From NCBI RefSeq assembly GCF_964204645.1, contig NC_134033.1, forward strand, positions 8,564,655 through 8,628,654: DNA of 64,000 nucleotides, given 5' to 3'. Position 1 is the first letter of the stretch. Each line of letters starts with the position of its first letter. The stretch is from Tubulanus polymorphus (lineage: Eukaryota; Animalia; Nemertea). Positions 23,301 to 35,428 of this stretch are shown here, one piece after another. Below the pieces are notes generated by a model. That model ran no database searches, was not told the origin of the DNA, and was given only the letters and a program-made list of their open reading frames with translations. The position numbers and the translations under genes are program-made.

Positions 23301-26300
23301 ATCAGCTCCATGGGTCTGGTGGTACCCTTAGGCCGCCTCAGAAGCAGGCGCTTGCAACAATATTGGAAGGTCTTCTGGTCTCAGTTGAAGGGCAACTGGG
23401 AGACCTTGATTCCCGTACCTCCAACCGATCTAAGTCTGGATCTTCATTGGTGGGCGGCAACTACGAATCTTCGGCGCGGGATGTCACTAGCCCTGTTAGA
23501 GGCTCCAGTTCGTGTATTCACGGATGCCAGTCACCAAGGATGGGGGGCACATCTGGAGAACCAATCAAAGCCGGGAGATGGTCTCGCTACGAGGCCACCA
23601 ACCACATAAATTTCCTGGAAATGCTGGCCGTGTGGAAGGCCCGGAAGTTCTTTCACAGGAGAGTGGAGGGCCACCACGTTTGGTTAGCCACAGACAATTC
23701 AACAGTGAGGGTTTACCTTCAGAACCAAGGGGGCACTCACTCTGAAATCCTTATGGATCTGTCGGCCAAAATTCTTCTTTGGTGCCAGACAAAGGGTGTG
23801 TCCCTGACTGTGACACATTTAGCAGGGAAAAGGAACGTGATGGCCGATGCTCTTTCTCGTCGAGGTCAGGCTATTGCGACAGAATGGGTTCTCCACCAAG
23901 AAGTAGCCGATCAGGTTCGAGGCATGTTTGGCAATCCGCTGCTGGATCTGTTTGCCACCCGGTTCAATCGGAGGTGTCCTCTGTTTGTTTCCCCGTTTCC
24001 CACACCAGTCCTGCCGCGCTTGCTGGATCAAATAGAGAGATCTGTCAATTGCACCATATTTCTGGTAGCACCATGTTGGCTGGCTCAGAAATGGTTCCTA
24101 CCACTTCTCAACCTACTGTGCGACAACCCCAGGATTCTTCCGAATTTCCCATCGCTTCTGTCTCAGGGGAACTTTCGGCATCATCCAAACAGCCAGTGTT
24201 TAAATCTGCTCGCCTGGCCATTGTCCAGCGATCCTTGTCAGCTTCAGGCTTTTCAGAACAGGCTGCCTCCTTTATCGCAGGATCTAAGCGGCCATCAACA
24301 AGTACCATTTATGATCCCAAATGGGGTCATTTTTTCAGATTGGTGTGCTGCAGGGGAAATTGATCCAGGCTCACCCTCTGTAGCTTAATTGGCAGATTTT
24401 TTACTGCACCTATTTGTAGTAAAAGGTTTGCAGGTTATAACTATTAAAGGTTACTGCTCCGCAATTTCTCATACATTGCGTGCTTCTGGATGGCCAAATG
24501 TAACAGGGGATCATCGGATATCCCAGCATGTTGCAGGGTTTTCTATTTCCCGGCCTCGGGTAACAAGGACAGTTCCACCATGGGATCTGTCTGTAATTTT
24601 GAAGAAGTTAATGGAGGCTCCATTTGAACCTCTTTCGGCAGCGTCATTTGCGAATTTGTCAAAAAAGACTCTATTTTTGCTGTTCTTGGCTTGCTCGGCC
24701 CGTCGCTCTGAGATTCATGCGCTTTCAGTCCGACAAGGTCATATTGTCTTCGGGCCAGCGAAGGAATTTGTTTCGCTGCGGCCTGCTTTGGAGTTTTTGG
24801 CAAAGAACCAACGACCAGGCTCGGTTGGGCGTCAATGGCGAATTGAAGCCCTAAAACATCGAGTGGAACCGGGTCTTCCGGACAGGACACTATGTCCTGT
24901 GCGGGTGTTGTGTTTCTATTTAGATCGCTCTGCTCCACGGAGGGGTTCGCGGGAGCAGTTATTTATTCCGCTGCTGGATCACCTGAAGGGTGATATTTCT
25001 CGGGACACAGTGGCCCGATTGGTCTCTTTACTGATCAAGGACATTTTATTGAAGGAGAATCTTTCCTCGGAGGGAGTGGTTTCTCATCAAGTGAGGTCTA
25101 TGGCTACTTCCTGCGCAGCCTTCTCAGGTGCTGCGTTGGAGGAAGTCGGTCGGGCAGCCTTTTGGAATTCTCCATCGACATTCACGTCATTTTATTTACG
25201 GGATGTTCCAGGCCAGTTAGGCTCATTAGCTTCACTCGGTCCTGATGTTATGGCTCAAGGTGTCCGATCGGACCATTTAGCGTAGAATATTTATGTTGCA
25301 TTATCAGGATCACAGGGGGTGTATCCATGTACATAGTTTGGGCTCATATCTGCAAGTATTAATTTCGCTAAATTCGGGGGGCCCCTGAGCTGGACGGACT
25401 CACTGTGGCCAACCGGTCTTCCCTGTGCTACAGTGCTCTCTTTTTTCCCTCTTACCTTGCGTTTGAGCGGTGGTTTTTCTATCTACCTTTCCCACTATCC
25501 TTGTGCTAGGCTAGTCTAGCAAAAACCATAGGAAAGGGTACAGTACTCGACGGAAATATTACAATTTTTGGAACTAAAATTTGTATTTCCGAGTAGTAGA
25601 TGTAGATGAATTCCAAATTTGGTGTGAATGTTCTATGGACCTAGGCCTATAACCAATAACTACAAAGTACAGAGCCCTTTTTGGATTTGGCCACAAGGGG
25701 CACCCCTAGGTATGCAGCTTCTATTTCTTCAAATCACACAGCGGAGCTGTATAAGCTGATAGGCTCCTTTATATATTAGGTTACCACAATAAATTGCAAA
25801 ATTGTAGCTTATGACATGCATGTTCTATGATCGTGGTGGGTTTCAAAGACATTGTTTTCTTTGTATTTTCACCAGGGGGCATTGAATATTGAAACTTCCT
25901 GATTCCTGAGCATTTCAAATCACTAGTTTCAAACCAGAAGAGCAAACTGACATCTGTTGTCGGAAGCAGCTGTTGACTCTAGTTCTGAAAAACGTGGGTC
26001 ATGGACGTAGCATCGTAACAAACACCAAACTGAAGAAATAGCCCACAATGATAGTTGTTTCATAAGCTGTTGAGAAAATATCACACTTTTTATATGTTCA
26101 AGTGCACATTAAAATGGCGGATTATTGGTTCTCTTACTTCCAAGAGACCCTTACACTTGTACTGTCTGTGTGTCTGTTGTTTGTCCTTCAGCTACTTAGA
26201 TGCATCGGGAACTAATGTATGGTAATTTCGGATTTAGAGTCTGAGCCTGAGAATCGTTGTTGCATAGGGCTTTTTATCTTTTTTATACTTTTGGCAGGTT

Positions 26301-29300
26301 AAAGAGTTGCCAACAGACAGCTACCTAAATTAGTAATCCAACAAATACAATAACTAACACTCGTTTAAGAATTGCCTACCAGAATAATTTAAAAAAAAAC
26401 TCTGAAAAGCTTTGAATTCTAGATGATGTGACATGTGTATTTGTTATACGGTGTACTTAGAAATCATGAAAAAAATATGAAAATCATATTTTATAACTTA
26501 AGCGACATTAACCACCCAACCTGCCAGGGGGACTCTCATTCATTTCCTGTCTGGTACATTCGATTTTCTCACCCATGTCTCAAAAGGTCCATACTGATCT
26601 CTTGTAATTTTCAGGACACAATGATACAGCCTGTGTTGTCATTTTGTCCGACATTGAGTTTACCAGCACCTAAGACGGGTAGATGTACATGTATCCCAGC
26701 TGATCATCACGTCACTATATGTAACCAACTCTCTCAGGCAATTAGAAAACACATTCGCAGATACTACGAGGTAAGGATATACAATTAAAGTTCCTTATAA
26801 CGCCAGCCAGGGACAGTCGAGATCTTGGCTTTATAATGAATGTGGCAATATAACGGAATGATGATCCTGCGACTTGATATTATACAATATCGTATTTTCC
26901 TACAGCCAATAAATGCTTACCATATGCAGACCTGCTTACCCCCATGGAATTTCCGTATTTGCTACGGATTTTAATAGCTAAATACGGAAGTACGGATGCT
27001 CTGTAAAAACAACGGTTTTTCATCCGTTCTTTTCAAAATACGGATCATCACATCTGTGAATACGGTTATGAACTTCCAAAAACAGGGGTACAGGTTTGTT
27101 TACTTCTGCTGCTCGTAAATCGGGTCAGAGTATTGATTATATGCCAGGGGCGTACACGTGCGTCTATCTATTCTTTCACTGCATTGCTGCTGTGTATGAT
27201 CAATATAATCTCTTTACACACGCTATACACGAAATAGAAATGAAAATGAAATTGTTTTACTATTTTTTTTTAACTATCATTTTCCTGACTTCATTAATAG
27301 ATATTTTCATCCTTGGGGAAAGCCCACTACTCAACAATTCATCACAGTGGCAGCACCTGCCTCATACCTTTTCCAAAATACTAAGTAAATTCACTCTCGG
27401 GATAAGATCGGTATTGCTAAATTAAATGCCACATTTTGAACATCCTGTATGTTAATTAAGAACACTTGAGGTTTTTTATCCTTCCAATCCTCAGATTTTG
27501 GTTATCATTGACCGGAGGAACAATGAAAAATTTAAAAAGTAAAGAATATTCAATTTTATTTTTTTTATTAATTCTGTTTTCTGATACTACTGTAGGTCCT
27601 CATTTTTGAGCAAGTGCACCCGCTTTTTGGTGGTACTTTTTTATGCCAATGGTGGTGCCGATTTGTATGAGTGATGTACAAACTGACTTTAGACCGTTTA
27701 ATATCGGCGACACCAAGATAATACCGACGCTGACATATTACAGGGAGGAAAGTTTTCAGGATTTATCCGGAATTCCGGATTTTTCAAGTCAGAGGTCATT
27801 TTTCTGAAAAGCCTGAAGACGATGAGAAAATGTGAGGGGGGGTAGAGTTCATTCGAAAGTTTGTTGGTACCGGTGGCCGTTAAAGCGCCGCAGACCGGAC
27901 AACATTTATTTCGTTTTACAGTTAGATTCTCTTACTGACTTTAAACAATTGTATAATTTCCTTCTGTTACAATTATCGATCTTTCGGCGATAGCCGTGCA
28001 CCTGTATGACGTGACCTCATTTGTACGTGTAGGCTACCTCTATTTATAACCACTAGTAGTAGTACGTATAGTGAGAAAACATAGCGTTGTCGTGTCTATA
28101 CTCAATACAGTCATTCGGGTAGCGCGGTGTGCAGCGCACAATGTTCACTTATTTAGGGGTTCGACCTCTACTGCTTGTGATGCTGATTGTTAGTGAAATG
28201 TGGATGTGCCGCATTGGAAATGGACATTACTTAAAAAATATCGTGATCGTTCATGGGCTCAAGATTGCGCTAAGTGCTTGGAAAACGCTTTTAATTTCAA
28301 AAATTTTCCACACAAAATTTCAAGGCCCAATTCTTCTCCACGGCGACACTATTTGGTACATAGTTTCGTATTAATATATAGATTTATATAGTGCAGGTAT
28401 CCTAACCCGAGTTCAGATGCGCTCCAACTTGGTATTATTACCCCCAGCTTGGTATTATTACCCCCAGCCTTTAACTCTATTCCATGTATCAGTCATCTTG
28501 CCTTCGGGCAATGTGCAGTAACAAAGTAACAACGCACAGCTACTAAGCGCTCAAGAATCTTATCAGGCCAGGTACCCATCCTGGCGAGAGGCAATGAAGA
28601 TACGTGTCTTGCCTGAGGACACTACGGTAATCTACGGGATTCGAAACTACGACCTGGCTTCCCAGAGTCGAATGCTCTTACTATCCGCCCACTCAAAAAT
28701 ATACATACAACAAGGCTTTGAAATAGATTTCATTGTGTGCTTTCATATTTTCAGAATTGGTTGAAATGCGATGATGCGACGTGCGGGTCACGTACTAGGA
28801 GGTTGCCTTTGCAGTTGATAAAAGGTCATCCAATTTGCCATGAATGTTATAGAGGAGTACTCAAACAAGAGGTACTATGATTTTCTTTGAAACAGCATTA
28901 GCCTTATTCCAGGTTGATCAGCCTCCTTGAATTTATGGTCAATAATTGATCTCAGATAATGTGTCAATTTTTTTGACGCCTTATAAAACGTTACCATTAT
29001 GAAACCTAAACAATGTTAACCATTCAGCGTCATTTTATAAACGAAAACCGTAAATCGATGTGCAAAACGTCACAGGTCTATGTGTACACATACAAGCTAT
29101 TTGGCAAAATATTATTGACTAAGATGTAGAATGTCTTCCTGTGATTATATAATGAGCTCTATTTGAACGTCGAAATGTTAATTGCATTGAATATCATTAG
29201 AAGACGTATTGTAATAGTAATGGATGTATGATTATATCAGGAGTGGCAGGCATGAATCGAAATGATAAGTAAATCGGATTATTCGGTCAAAATGGCGGAT

Positions 29301-32233
29301 GTATACACGATTTGGAAGTCCGATATAAGTAGTAAGACCCTGACATGGGGATGCTGGTGAAATGATAAAGCTATGTACGATCTCTGTAGGGCCGGCGTGA
29401 ATTTCATCGGCGGCTACAAGCGGTCAATTTAAAAATGTGTAAACATAATTTCAATATTCTAATGTTTTAGAAAATATGTTCGATATCAGGGGTATGCAGG
29501 TTTCATGAAATTATTGACAATTTTCAATAAAACAATTGAACAACTACTGAGTCGATGACTTGCGTCACCTCATCCTATCGCCAAATCTCATAATTCCCTA
29601 AATTTCTTAAAACTTCGATTTGAAATTTGCAATTCCACATTAGCTTATCTCAAAAATTCTATATTTTTTTCGCAGGCGTCAAAGAATTTATTAAAATTAA
29701 TTTTCTTGTTTTCTATTACTATACCTATACCAATGAAGCGAATTCAAATGACATGGTTTCTAGAGCTTAGGCTCTTTGACTGTGCAACTGAGCATATATT
29801 CATACATATCATTCATTAAAGCATTATCCATTCTCCAAATTTTATAGAGCTGAATTTTGAAAAAGGTTCTCGTTAGAATATTTGTGAGCTCTTTCGCGAA
29901 AATCTGATCGCAAAAATATCTGTTTTAAAAAGCCAATCAGAAAGCAAAGACTCCTCTATGATTGGCTTAGCCGCAGAGATCAGCAGGTGTTCACGTGAAC
30001 CCGCAGTATCGTCTACTGTTTTACCTCCGGGTTTTATTTTTATTATTTAAAATTGTGTTTCAAGATCGATTTCTTCTGCGAAATCTTTAGTTGATTTGGT
30101 TTTTGGTGGGAATAATTTCATTTGCACTACGGAAAATATCATTGCCAATATTATGCAAAGTCTAGGAAAATTGCTTTTCCTCAAATCGGATGGATGATCT
30201 TGTAATGCTAATAAGCCACATGCTCAAACTACATATTCAATCAAATTTTATTCTGCAAAAAATATCAAATCCAATTCAATTTTACACTATTGAACAAATA
30301 GAACATCAAATCCAATCCAATTTTTTTTGATGAGCAAATTTAAAAAAATTCAATTCATCGGATTGAATCTCTACCGGGGGAGGGTGTATTTGTTCCTGCC
30401 AGCTCCAGTCACTGTGCTACTTATGAAAACACGATTGTGTTGTGTAAATTATGGGTATTGACTTTGAGCTGGGAGTGTATTTTGACAAAATAACCCACAG
30501 AGTGCACCATTTGCCATTTTATGAAAAGCTGACAGGCTGGCCATAGTGCCCCTTGGGGCTCTTGTTTCAGAAATAATAATGAGAGATAATTGTTCATAAA
30601 TTTTAGCCTTTTTATGGACTTTCGCTCTAGCGAAGTCTATTTTGCTATCGCATATGTAACTTTATTCCTTTGGATAAAAAATAACTTCCAAACGAGGCTT
30701 AGTTTTTCTTTGGAACTTTTAAGACATTCAATGCAGCAATCAAAGCTGTTTTGATCACTTGGAGCACGGATTCTCTGAAATTCTGCCAAAAACTTCATGC
30801 TGAAGATAGGTATGCAATTCCATTCATAATTTGAAAAAAGACATTTTTTTCTTGGTATTTTCCATCCTTATTTTTGATCGAATTGTCTAAAAAGTCAGTC
30901 TTCTCCCATCATTTAAATTCAGTCCATTAGTTTTCACTATTTTTCATTTGTTCTGCTTATTATCTAATCCAGGAAGAAAGACACTAAATATTTGGATGGA
31001 TATATGAAAGCTGTGGGTACTGTAGTGTGTAATGGGTAGGGGAGTGTGATCTGTGTGCATTTGTGGCCAGCACACAGATCACATTGTTCATTGGGGTTTG
31101 GTCCAGGACTCGCGTGATTTTCAACAACACGGAAGTAACGTGTAATAAATGATGACTTGAATTGCATGACTACCTACCACCCCTCATTATTGTTGGAAAA
31201 ATAAACGTTCCACACTGACTAAAAATAAGTAATAACATTTTAGAAATGGCCAGAATTTTAACTTAGGTTCTATCTCATTTTTATTTTACAATTGCGATTG
31301 GTATAATTTTCTTTTAAACGGCCGTTAAGGCTTCATGTTTCGTCTGCAATTTACTGCAAATAGTTACGCAACTACGCACATTTCAGTGTTTTTGGCAGCT
31401 GTACACTCAATCGGCACCGTTCGTGACTAGCTTCACTGCGGAATTATCATTAATTAACATCGCCATATCACATCATTTAACTTATATTGTGCCTTAAAAC
31501 CCTAACAGCCGAAATAATTGAAATGCACACACGATTTCTATCATTGAAAATTGAGAGAGTGGCCATGTTTGTGTTCTGCTGCTTCGCGTAAATCCCTCGC
31601 GGTGGCGCAACCGCGCGGAGTGGGGCCGATACGTCTAGACTACCAATGCTTAATTTTGATGCAGATTAAACATACACTCAAGTAAATTTAGGAAAGTCCA
31701 TATAGAAAATTTCGTTTCTTGTCATGTCTGTCTACAAGTATTTGTTTTGATATTTCAGTATACGGATACTCAGCTATACCATCAGCTCTGTTTCTATCAG
31801 TACGTCTTTGATCCTGAAAAGGCTATCAGCAAAATGTCATCTGTCCACGAAAAAGGTACTTGAAAATATCTGCTAAAACATTTCTCTCTGACCAATCACA
31901 AAATGGGACTGTTTAGAGTAGTTTTTGTGTCAGGTATCTGGAGTTCATTTTCACGATGATAAAATCTTTCATGCCTGGGGTTCATGCGTCGTGGCGCAAA
32001 GTTCAGAACTTGATTGTTACCAGTACCTACATTAATTTTTGCTCTGTATTTCTATTGCAATTTCAGATTTGGCACGTAAAAGAATGACTCCATTTAGAGA
32101 TTATTACAAACTAATACGCGGTACAGTTGATAAGGCGTTGAATCAAAGTGCCTACTCAGAAGTGAACCTGACAAAACTATTCGCGAATCTCATCCCCCTG
32201 AAATCTTCATCGACTCAAAATCAGATATCTTGA
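8227..32233 (+). CDS. POLA1: DNA polymerase alpha catalytic subunit, 3' part (13 coding exons, 1758 nt, 585 aa; 5' exons outside window)
   Basis: Exons 8227-8379, 8630-8785, 9127-9219, 9933-10138, 10394-10526, 10625-10756, 11097-11172, 15328-15426, 18349-18521, 26615-26770, 28755-28871, 31759-31855, 32067-32233 all have AG/GT borders and join in frame. Family-B motifs [28 protein letters not shown] and [10 protein letters not shown]; Pol alpha-type [15 protein letters not shown]; two C-terminal Cys clusters; [10 protein letters not shown] tail. Confidence 0.97.
8630..8785 (+). CDS. POLA1: POLA1 exon (motif [21 protein letters not shown])
   Basis: tttacag|TAC ... AAG|gtatgc. Confidence 0.96.
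9127..9219 (+). CDS. POLA1: POLA1 exon (catalytic motif [11 protein letters not shown])
   Basis: cgttag|ATG ... AAG|gtaggg. Confidence 0.96.
9621..9677. repeat. near-perfect palindrome (24-bp perfect arms, 1-nt spacer)
   Basis: TAATTTCTTGCCCTATGTACATGA-A-TCATGTACATAGGGCAAGAAATTA (9625-9673). Confidence 0.9.
9933..10138 (+). CDS. POLA1: POLA1 exon (LLEIDIDG...KKKYAA...[11 protein letters not shown])
   Basis: ctttag|ATC ... GGA AA|gtgagt. Confidence 0.96.
10394..10526 (+). CDS. POLA1: POLA1 exon (FVVSQILSG...YYITK)
   Basis: ttacag|T TTC ... AAG|gtatga; phase compatible. Confidence 0.93.
10625..10756 (+). CDS. POLA1: POLA1 exon ([18 protein letters not shown]...[10 protein letters not shown])
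   Basis: ttccag|CAA ... AAT|gtaagt. Confidence 0.95.
11097..11172 (+). CDS. POLA1: POLA1 exon ([16 protein letters not shown])
   Basis: ttccag|GAT ... ATT G|gtatgt. Confidence 0.92.
11518..12059 (+). mobile_element. Helentron-associated (HINE-like) element family C, truncated, with internal repeats
   Basis: 5' TTATGCCCCC...GGGGCATA hairpin, then repeated AACAGCCTARAGGCCGCAATTGTTGACCGA units. Confidence 0.6.
12060..12795 (+). mobile_element. HINE-like family B copy (internally deleted, 4 x ~154-bp units)
   Basis: 5' TTTAGCCCACTTGGGACTTTAGTCCCAGCGGGCTA; CGTC microsatellite; units at 12148, 12302, 12457, 12611; 3' subTIR CAAGTGGGC, hairpin and CTAGTT. Confidence 0.8.
13363..14119. mobile_element. 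CAGGG-TIR MITE (P- or hAT-like) nested in the previous element
   Basis: CAGGGATGAGAA / TTCTCATCCCTG; ATAATT on both flanks. Confidence 0.75.
13511..13897 (-). mobile_element. 3' fragment of a LINE (C-terminal Cys/His motif and tail)
   Basis: [18 protein letters not shown]; AATAAA plus (AAAATCCT)n tail; absent from the homologous copy at 7200-7215. Confidence 0.7.
15328..15426 (+). CDS. POLA1: POLA1 exon ([21 protein letters not shown]...AECLG)
   Basis: ttgcag|AT ... TTA G|gtaact. Confidence 0.95.
15815..16770 (+). mobile_element. HINE-like family B copy, truncated at both ends
   Basis: Collinear with 19035-19880; ~3 internal units. Confidence 0.8.
17457..17825. mobile_element. MITE with 7-bp TSD (P-element-like)
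   Basis: TAGGGATGAAAA / TTTTCATCCCTG flanked by GTCATTA on both sides. Confidence 0.75.
18349..18521 (+). CDS. POLA1: POLA1 exon (LDASGY...DEKYKDCE...CPDC)
   Basis: ttatag|GT ... GCT|gtaagt. Confidence 0.93.
18984..19932 (+). mobile_element. HINE-like family B copy with both ends
   Basis: Both subTIRs (GCCCACTTGGGA / TCCCAAGTGGGC), 3' hairpin and CTAGTT; inserted in a T run. Confidence 0.82.
20300..22140 (+). pseudogene. DIRS ORF1 (gag-like), fragmented
   Basis: N-terminal Cys/His motif [13 protein letters not shown]...PCKIC..W, RS-rich linker, position upstream of RT; stops and frameshifts. Confidence 0.7.
22341..24388 (+). pseudogene. DIRS RT / RNase H / adenine methyltransferase-like ORF, frameshifted
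   Basis: [25 protein letters not shown], shifted [47 protein letters not shown]. Confidence 0.88.
24150..25285 (+). pseudogene. DIRS tyrosine recombinase (main ORF 24389-25285, upstream part frameshifted)
   Basis: [59 protein letters not shown]. Confidence 0.9.
26615..26770 (+). CDS. POLA1: POLA1 exon (second half of CysA; [16 protein letters not shown])
   Basis: tttcag|GAC ... GAG|gtaagg. Confidence 0.9.
28470..28692 (-). mobile_element. tRNA-derived SINE fragment
   Basis: Minus strand A-box-like head, B box TTCGAATCC, then GTGTCCTCAGGCAAGACAC and ATGGGTACCTGG (conserved SINE central-domain-like). Confidence 0.6.
28755..28871 (+). CDS. POLA1: POLA1 exon (CysB: WLKCDDATC...PICHEC)
   Basis: tttcag|AAT ... 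GAG|gtacta. Confidence 0.94.
28971..29684. mobile_element. MITE-like element
   Basis: TTTGACGCCT / AGGCGTCAAA terminal inverted repeats in AATT context. Confidence 0.5.
31759..31855 (+). CDS. POLA1: POLA1 exon ([18 protein letters not shown])
   Basis: tttcag|TAT ... AAA G|gtactt. Confidence 0.94.
32067..32233 (+). CDS. POLA1: POLA1 last coding exon ([12 protein letters not shown]...TGA)
   Basis: tttcag|AT TTG; stop TGA ends at 32233. Confidence 0.93.
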
Positions 32234-32897
32234 ACTGTTATTTTTCATACCTTTTACGCAAAAATCTTCATAAGATTGTAGTTTGTATGTTTGTATCATT
32301 GTTGATTCTCATTTTGGATAACTGTTTTTTCTATGGCAAGCTGAATTCACCCCTTAAAATTCCAGTAATACAGGGGGTGTTGACATCAGAAAATGCCCTT
32401 GCCCAAGTCTGGACTTGATTTAGTTAGCATGGCAATACCATCGTTAGTTTTGCATTAGTTATGCTATGGTTGGATACGCTATGGTTTTGAACATACTCGG
32501 CTCAAGAGATTGTGGTAACATTCAGTAACACATTTACACAGCTCCATGTCAATCATTAAGAACTACGCTGATGTGATTGCTTTTGATAAGTTTCAGTTAT
32601 CACAATCGCTACTGTCTAATTATGTTACAGAGAGAAAAGATGCGTACAATGCCAAGTGAACCCTTCGTCTCATGAAGGGTTTTTAAACGCTGGTTTTTCT
32701 GAAAGATGCACTGCCCACGTATAAGAAACAATGTGGATGCAGCAAATTAGAATGGGAAAAAAAAGGCCAAGGCATTTACTTCGAAAAAACAGAGGACGTT
32801 TACCTCGTGCTTGCCTGCGAGAATATGGTATTTCATTAAGGATTATATGCTATGAAATTATTGCATGTTCTTATCTGATTGGTATTGTCCAAGTGTA

Positions 32898-32903
32898 AAT
32901 AAA
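32898..32903 (+). promoter_or_regulatory. candidate POLA1 polyadenylation signal
   Basis: AATAAA ~665 nt after the stop, followed by a GT/T-rich tract. Confidence 0.4.
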
Positions 32904-33188
32904 GTGCATGTGTATTTTACATATGAAGCATTCATTAATACATATATGGCTGAAACCAAATCGATATTCGGATTTTATTAAAACCTTTCAGTGCATCTAC
33001 ACCGTAGTGCAGTATGGATTTGTGATAGACTTTGCTAATCACTATTGATTAGTTATAATATTGAAAGATGGCAGCACATGTCAGATACACTGTTCTGAGT
33101 ATGCACTAGGCTGGAATTTTCAAATTATCTCCAGCACTTTGGGGTGAGAATAGTGAGCGCTGAAAGGATTAATCGATATGACGACGAA

Positions 33189-33416
33189 GGGGTCATTCAT
33201 TTACTACAAGTGCATTTGCGTACTTACATGCTTAATGGGTAACGAGATGAGTAGTACTATATAGGTTAACTATTTATTTGACGCATTAGCTTTCACTACT
33301 TACGTATAGAAGCTTCATCCGTTATTTATTCTAAACCCAGGTACTACTCTACGAATCTTTTCATGCTTAAGGTAAAAATTTTAAATTTCATGCATGAATA
33401 ATAAATGAATGATCCC
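33189..33416. mobile_element. Harbinger-like MITE, 228 bp
   Basis: GGGGTCATTCATTTA / TAAATGAATGATCCC; 3-bp GAA duplication. Confidence 0.7.
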
Positions 33417-35428
33417 GAAGCAGTCGGAGAAGTGAAACATACGCACAACAGAATTTTGTGTATTAAGTAGCTTTCATTATGACTAAGAATCTTTACATCG
33501 GACATTGAGTGATCCCATCATTCAGACGCCATCATCATTTTTAATGCCAACATTTCACTGAGAACAAATAAATGCCAATATAAATTCCACACCGAACTGC
33601 CATCAGTAACAAATTGAATATTACCAGTAATATTTCACCGAAATATGAAAGAGAGTGTTCAATTAATCAGTAATCAACAGTAATATCTTTCATATTTCTG
33701 TAGGGATCTAACAAATGAAATCAGTATTTCTCAGAATAGAATGGTAACAAATACTGAAAATCAGGAACAGTTGGCAGCTCTGCAGCAGTACCAGGAAAGG
33801 CCGGATGAGTGGAATGATTTACATATAAACACACTTCATTTCAATAACCTAATCCTTTCGAATCAAATAACATTAGATGGACCACGCTTAATACAGATCA
33901 ATCGAGACCAATGAAATAATTCTGATTAATGAGAATTAATCATAGTTAATCTCGCCTCAGCGATGGCCGACGCAGACTTTTGACTATGCCAAAAACTATG
34001 CTGTAGACTTCCTAATGGGTTTTCCAATCTTTTACTCAGGTCTTCGCTTAAATTGGACCAATTTTGCCGGTACCAGTTGGGCAAGTTTTTTCTACTCCCA
34101 GTAGCTGGACTGCAACTTGATGACAGAGATCATTATTATGGATTCGATTGATCCAGAATAAGAGTGGTCAACTAACCCTTTTATATAGACAAAAATCTTA
34201 CAGCCATCACACAATTAAATTTACAGAATCGCAGGCAGAGTTTCTGATATGAGATCTAGAAAGAATTGCATAAATCCGTGCAGACAACATTTTTACGTAT
34301 TCAAAAGCATAAATTATTCATTTAATGCAGTAGTAACCAGCAGCGCTTTCAGGCAGGGGAAATTAGATCCTCGTATGTTTCTACTCGCAAATTGAATAGT
34401 GTGAATGTGCACCCCCTGGATCCGACGCTGATAACAATGTTGAAAACTAATAGATAATATTAACGCTTAATAGGACATCAACTATGGTATATTTAAATGA
34501 AATGTATTAATTATTTAGTTCATTCGAAACCATAACTGCTTTTCACCTTAACCATAAAAGGCACCTGCAAGATATCCATAGTTCTGCTGAAGAATTAATA
34601 ACTGATTCATCATTTGATTTCATTGTCAGATAGTACCATAGCTGTTTCATCACTGCTGTAGTGTATTTGCCCTAAGGCCTAGCCCACATAGCAATAAAAC
34701 TTTATGCCATGAAAGGTTATTTGGCGTTTCGATGATTTGGTTTGGTTTGCTCGTAAAGCTAAACAAGAAACATGGACATAGATAAATTTTGGCACCTAGC
34801 GAAGACAATAGTAGTGATTGGATCACATTCAATGTTAAAATGGTGGCGATTGCTTTCAAAAGTGTGCTCCATTTTATCAATAATGTGAGCCACTTGTTAT
34901 TGCCTTGATTGGTTATTGCCTATCAGTGTTTCTTGTTTAGCTACTCTGACATCGCACACAGAAATTGAATCAATCCGCAAAAGTGTTTATGTTAACAATG
35001 TTTCTAGTTTTAGAACGCTGCAAACACAGTATTGAACCAAGCAAAAAAAGGTTACTGTTTCATGTTCGTTTTGTGCAGTGTGCACTAGGCTTGTGAAGCC
35101 TTGACAACCCAAGATTGATTGTAAGTGATATGTCTTGAATATGTCAGGGGTTGGTCAAGGCCGCAAAATAACATAGGAGCAAAATCTTCAGAGAACTTTA
35201 TCATGAGGAAGTGTCACCCAAATGGTATTTTGAGGATATATTTTTGATATGATTTTAAAAGCTAATGCAAAAACCCCATCTCAATCTTTTTTGAATAAGA
35301 TGAATGAAATCTAAAACAATTCTGATGCGGTGAAGTTCAAAACAATGCCCAGCCATAAATATTTTCACAATTTCACTTTTAGAAAAAATAGTACTTGACT
35401 GACATTTCAGTAATTTAAAGCAGGTTTA

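Larger units (their letters stand above)
20005..25598 (+). mobile_element. DIRS1-like tyrosine-recombinase retrotransposon, copy 2 (degenerate, right ITR missing)
   Basis: Left ITR TTTTCCGTCTAGTACTGTAC; gag-like ORF1 fragments; RT/RNase H; methyltransferase-like region; YR; ICR truncated at 25598. Confidence 0.92.
18800..25770 (+). mobile_element. HINE-like family A element split by family B and DIRS insertions
   Basis: SubTIRs AGCTCCGCTGTG (18803) / CACAGCGGAGCT (~25737); GTCC microsatellite; unit TTCCAAATTTRGTRTGAATGTTCTATGGACCTAGGCCTATAA at ~18928 and ~25611. Confidence 0.65.

Noticed and set aside
8227-32233. Family-B polymerase as a viral or Polinton gene
   Set aside because: Intron-rich with a Pol alpha C-terminal domain; it is host POLA1.
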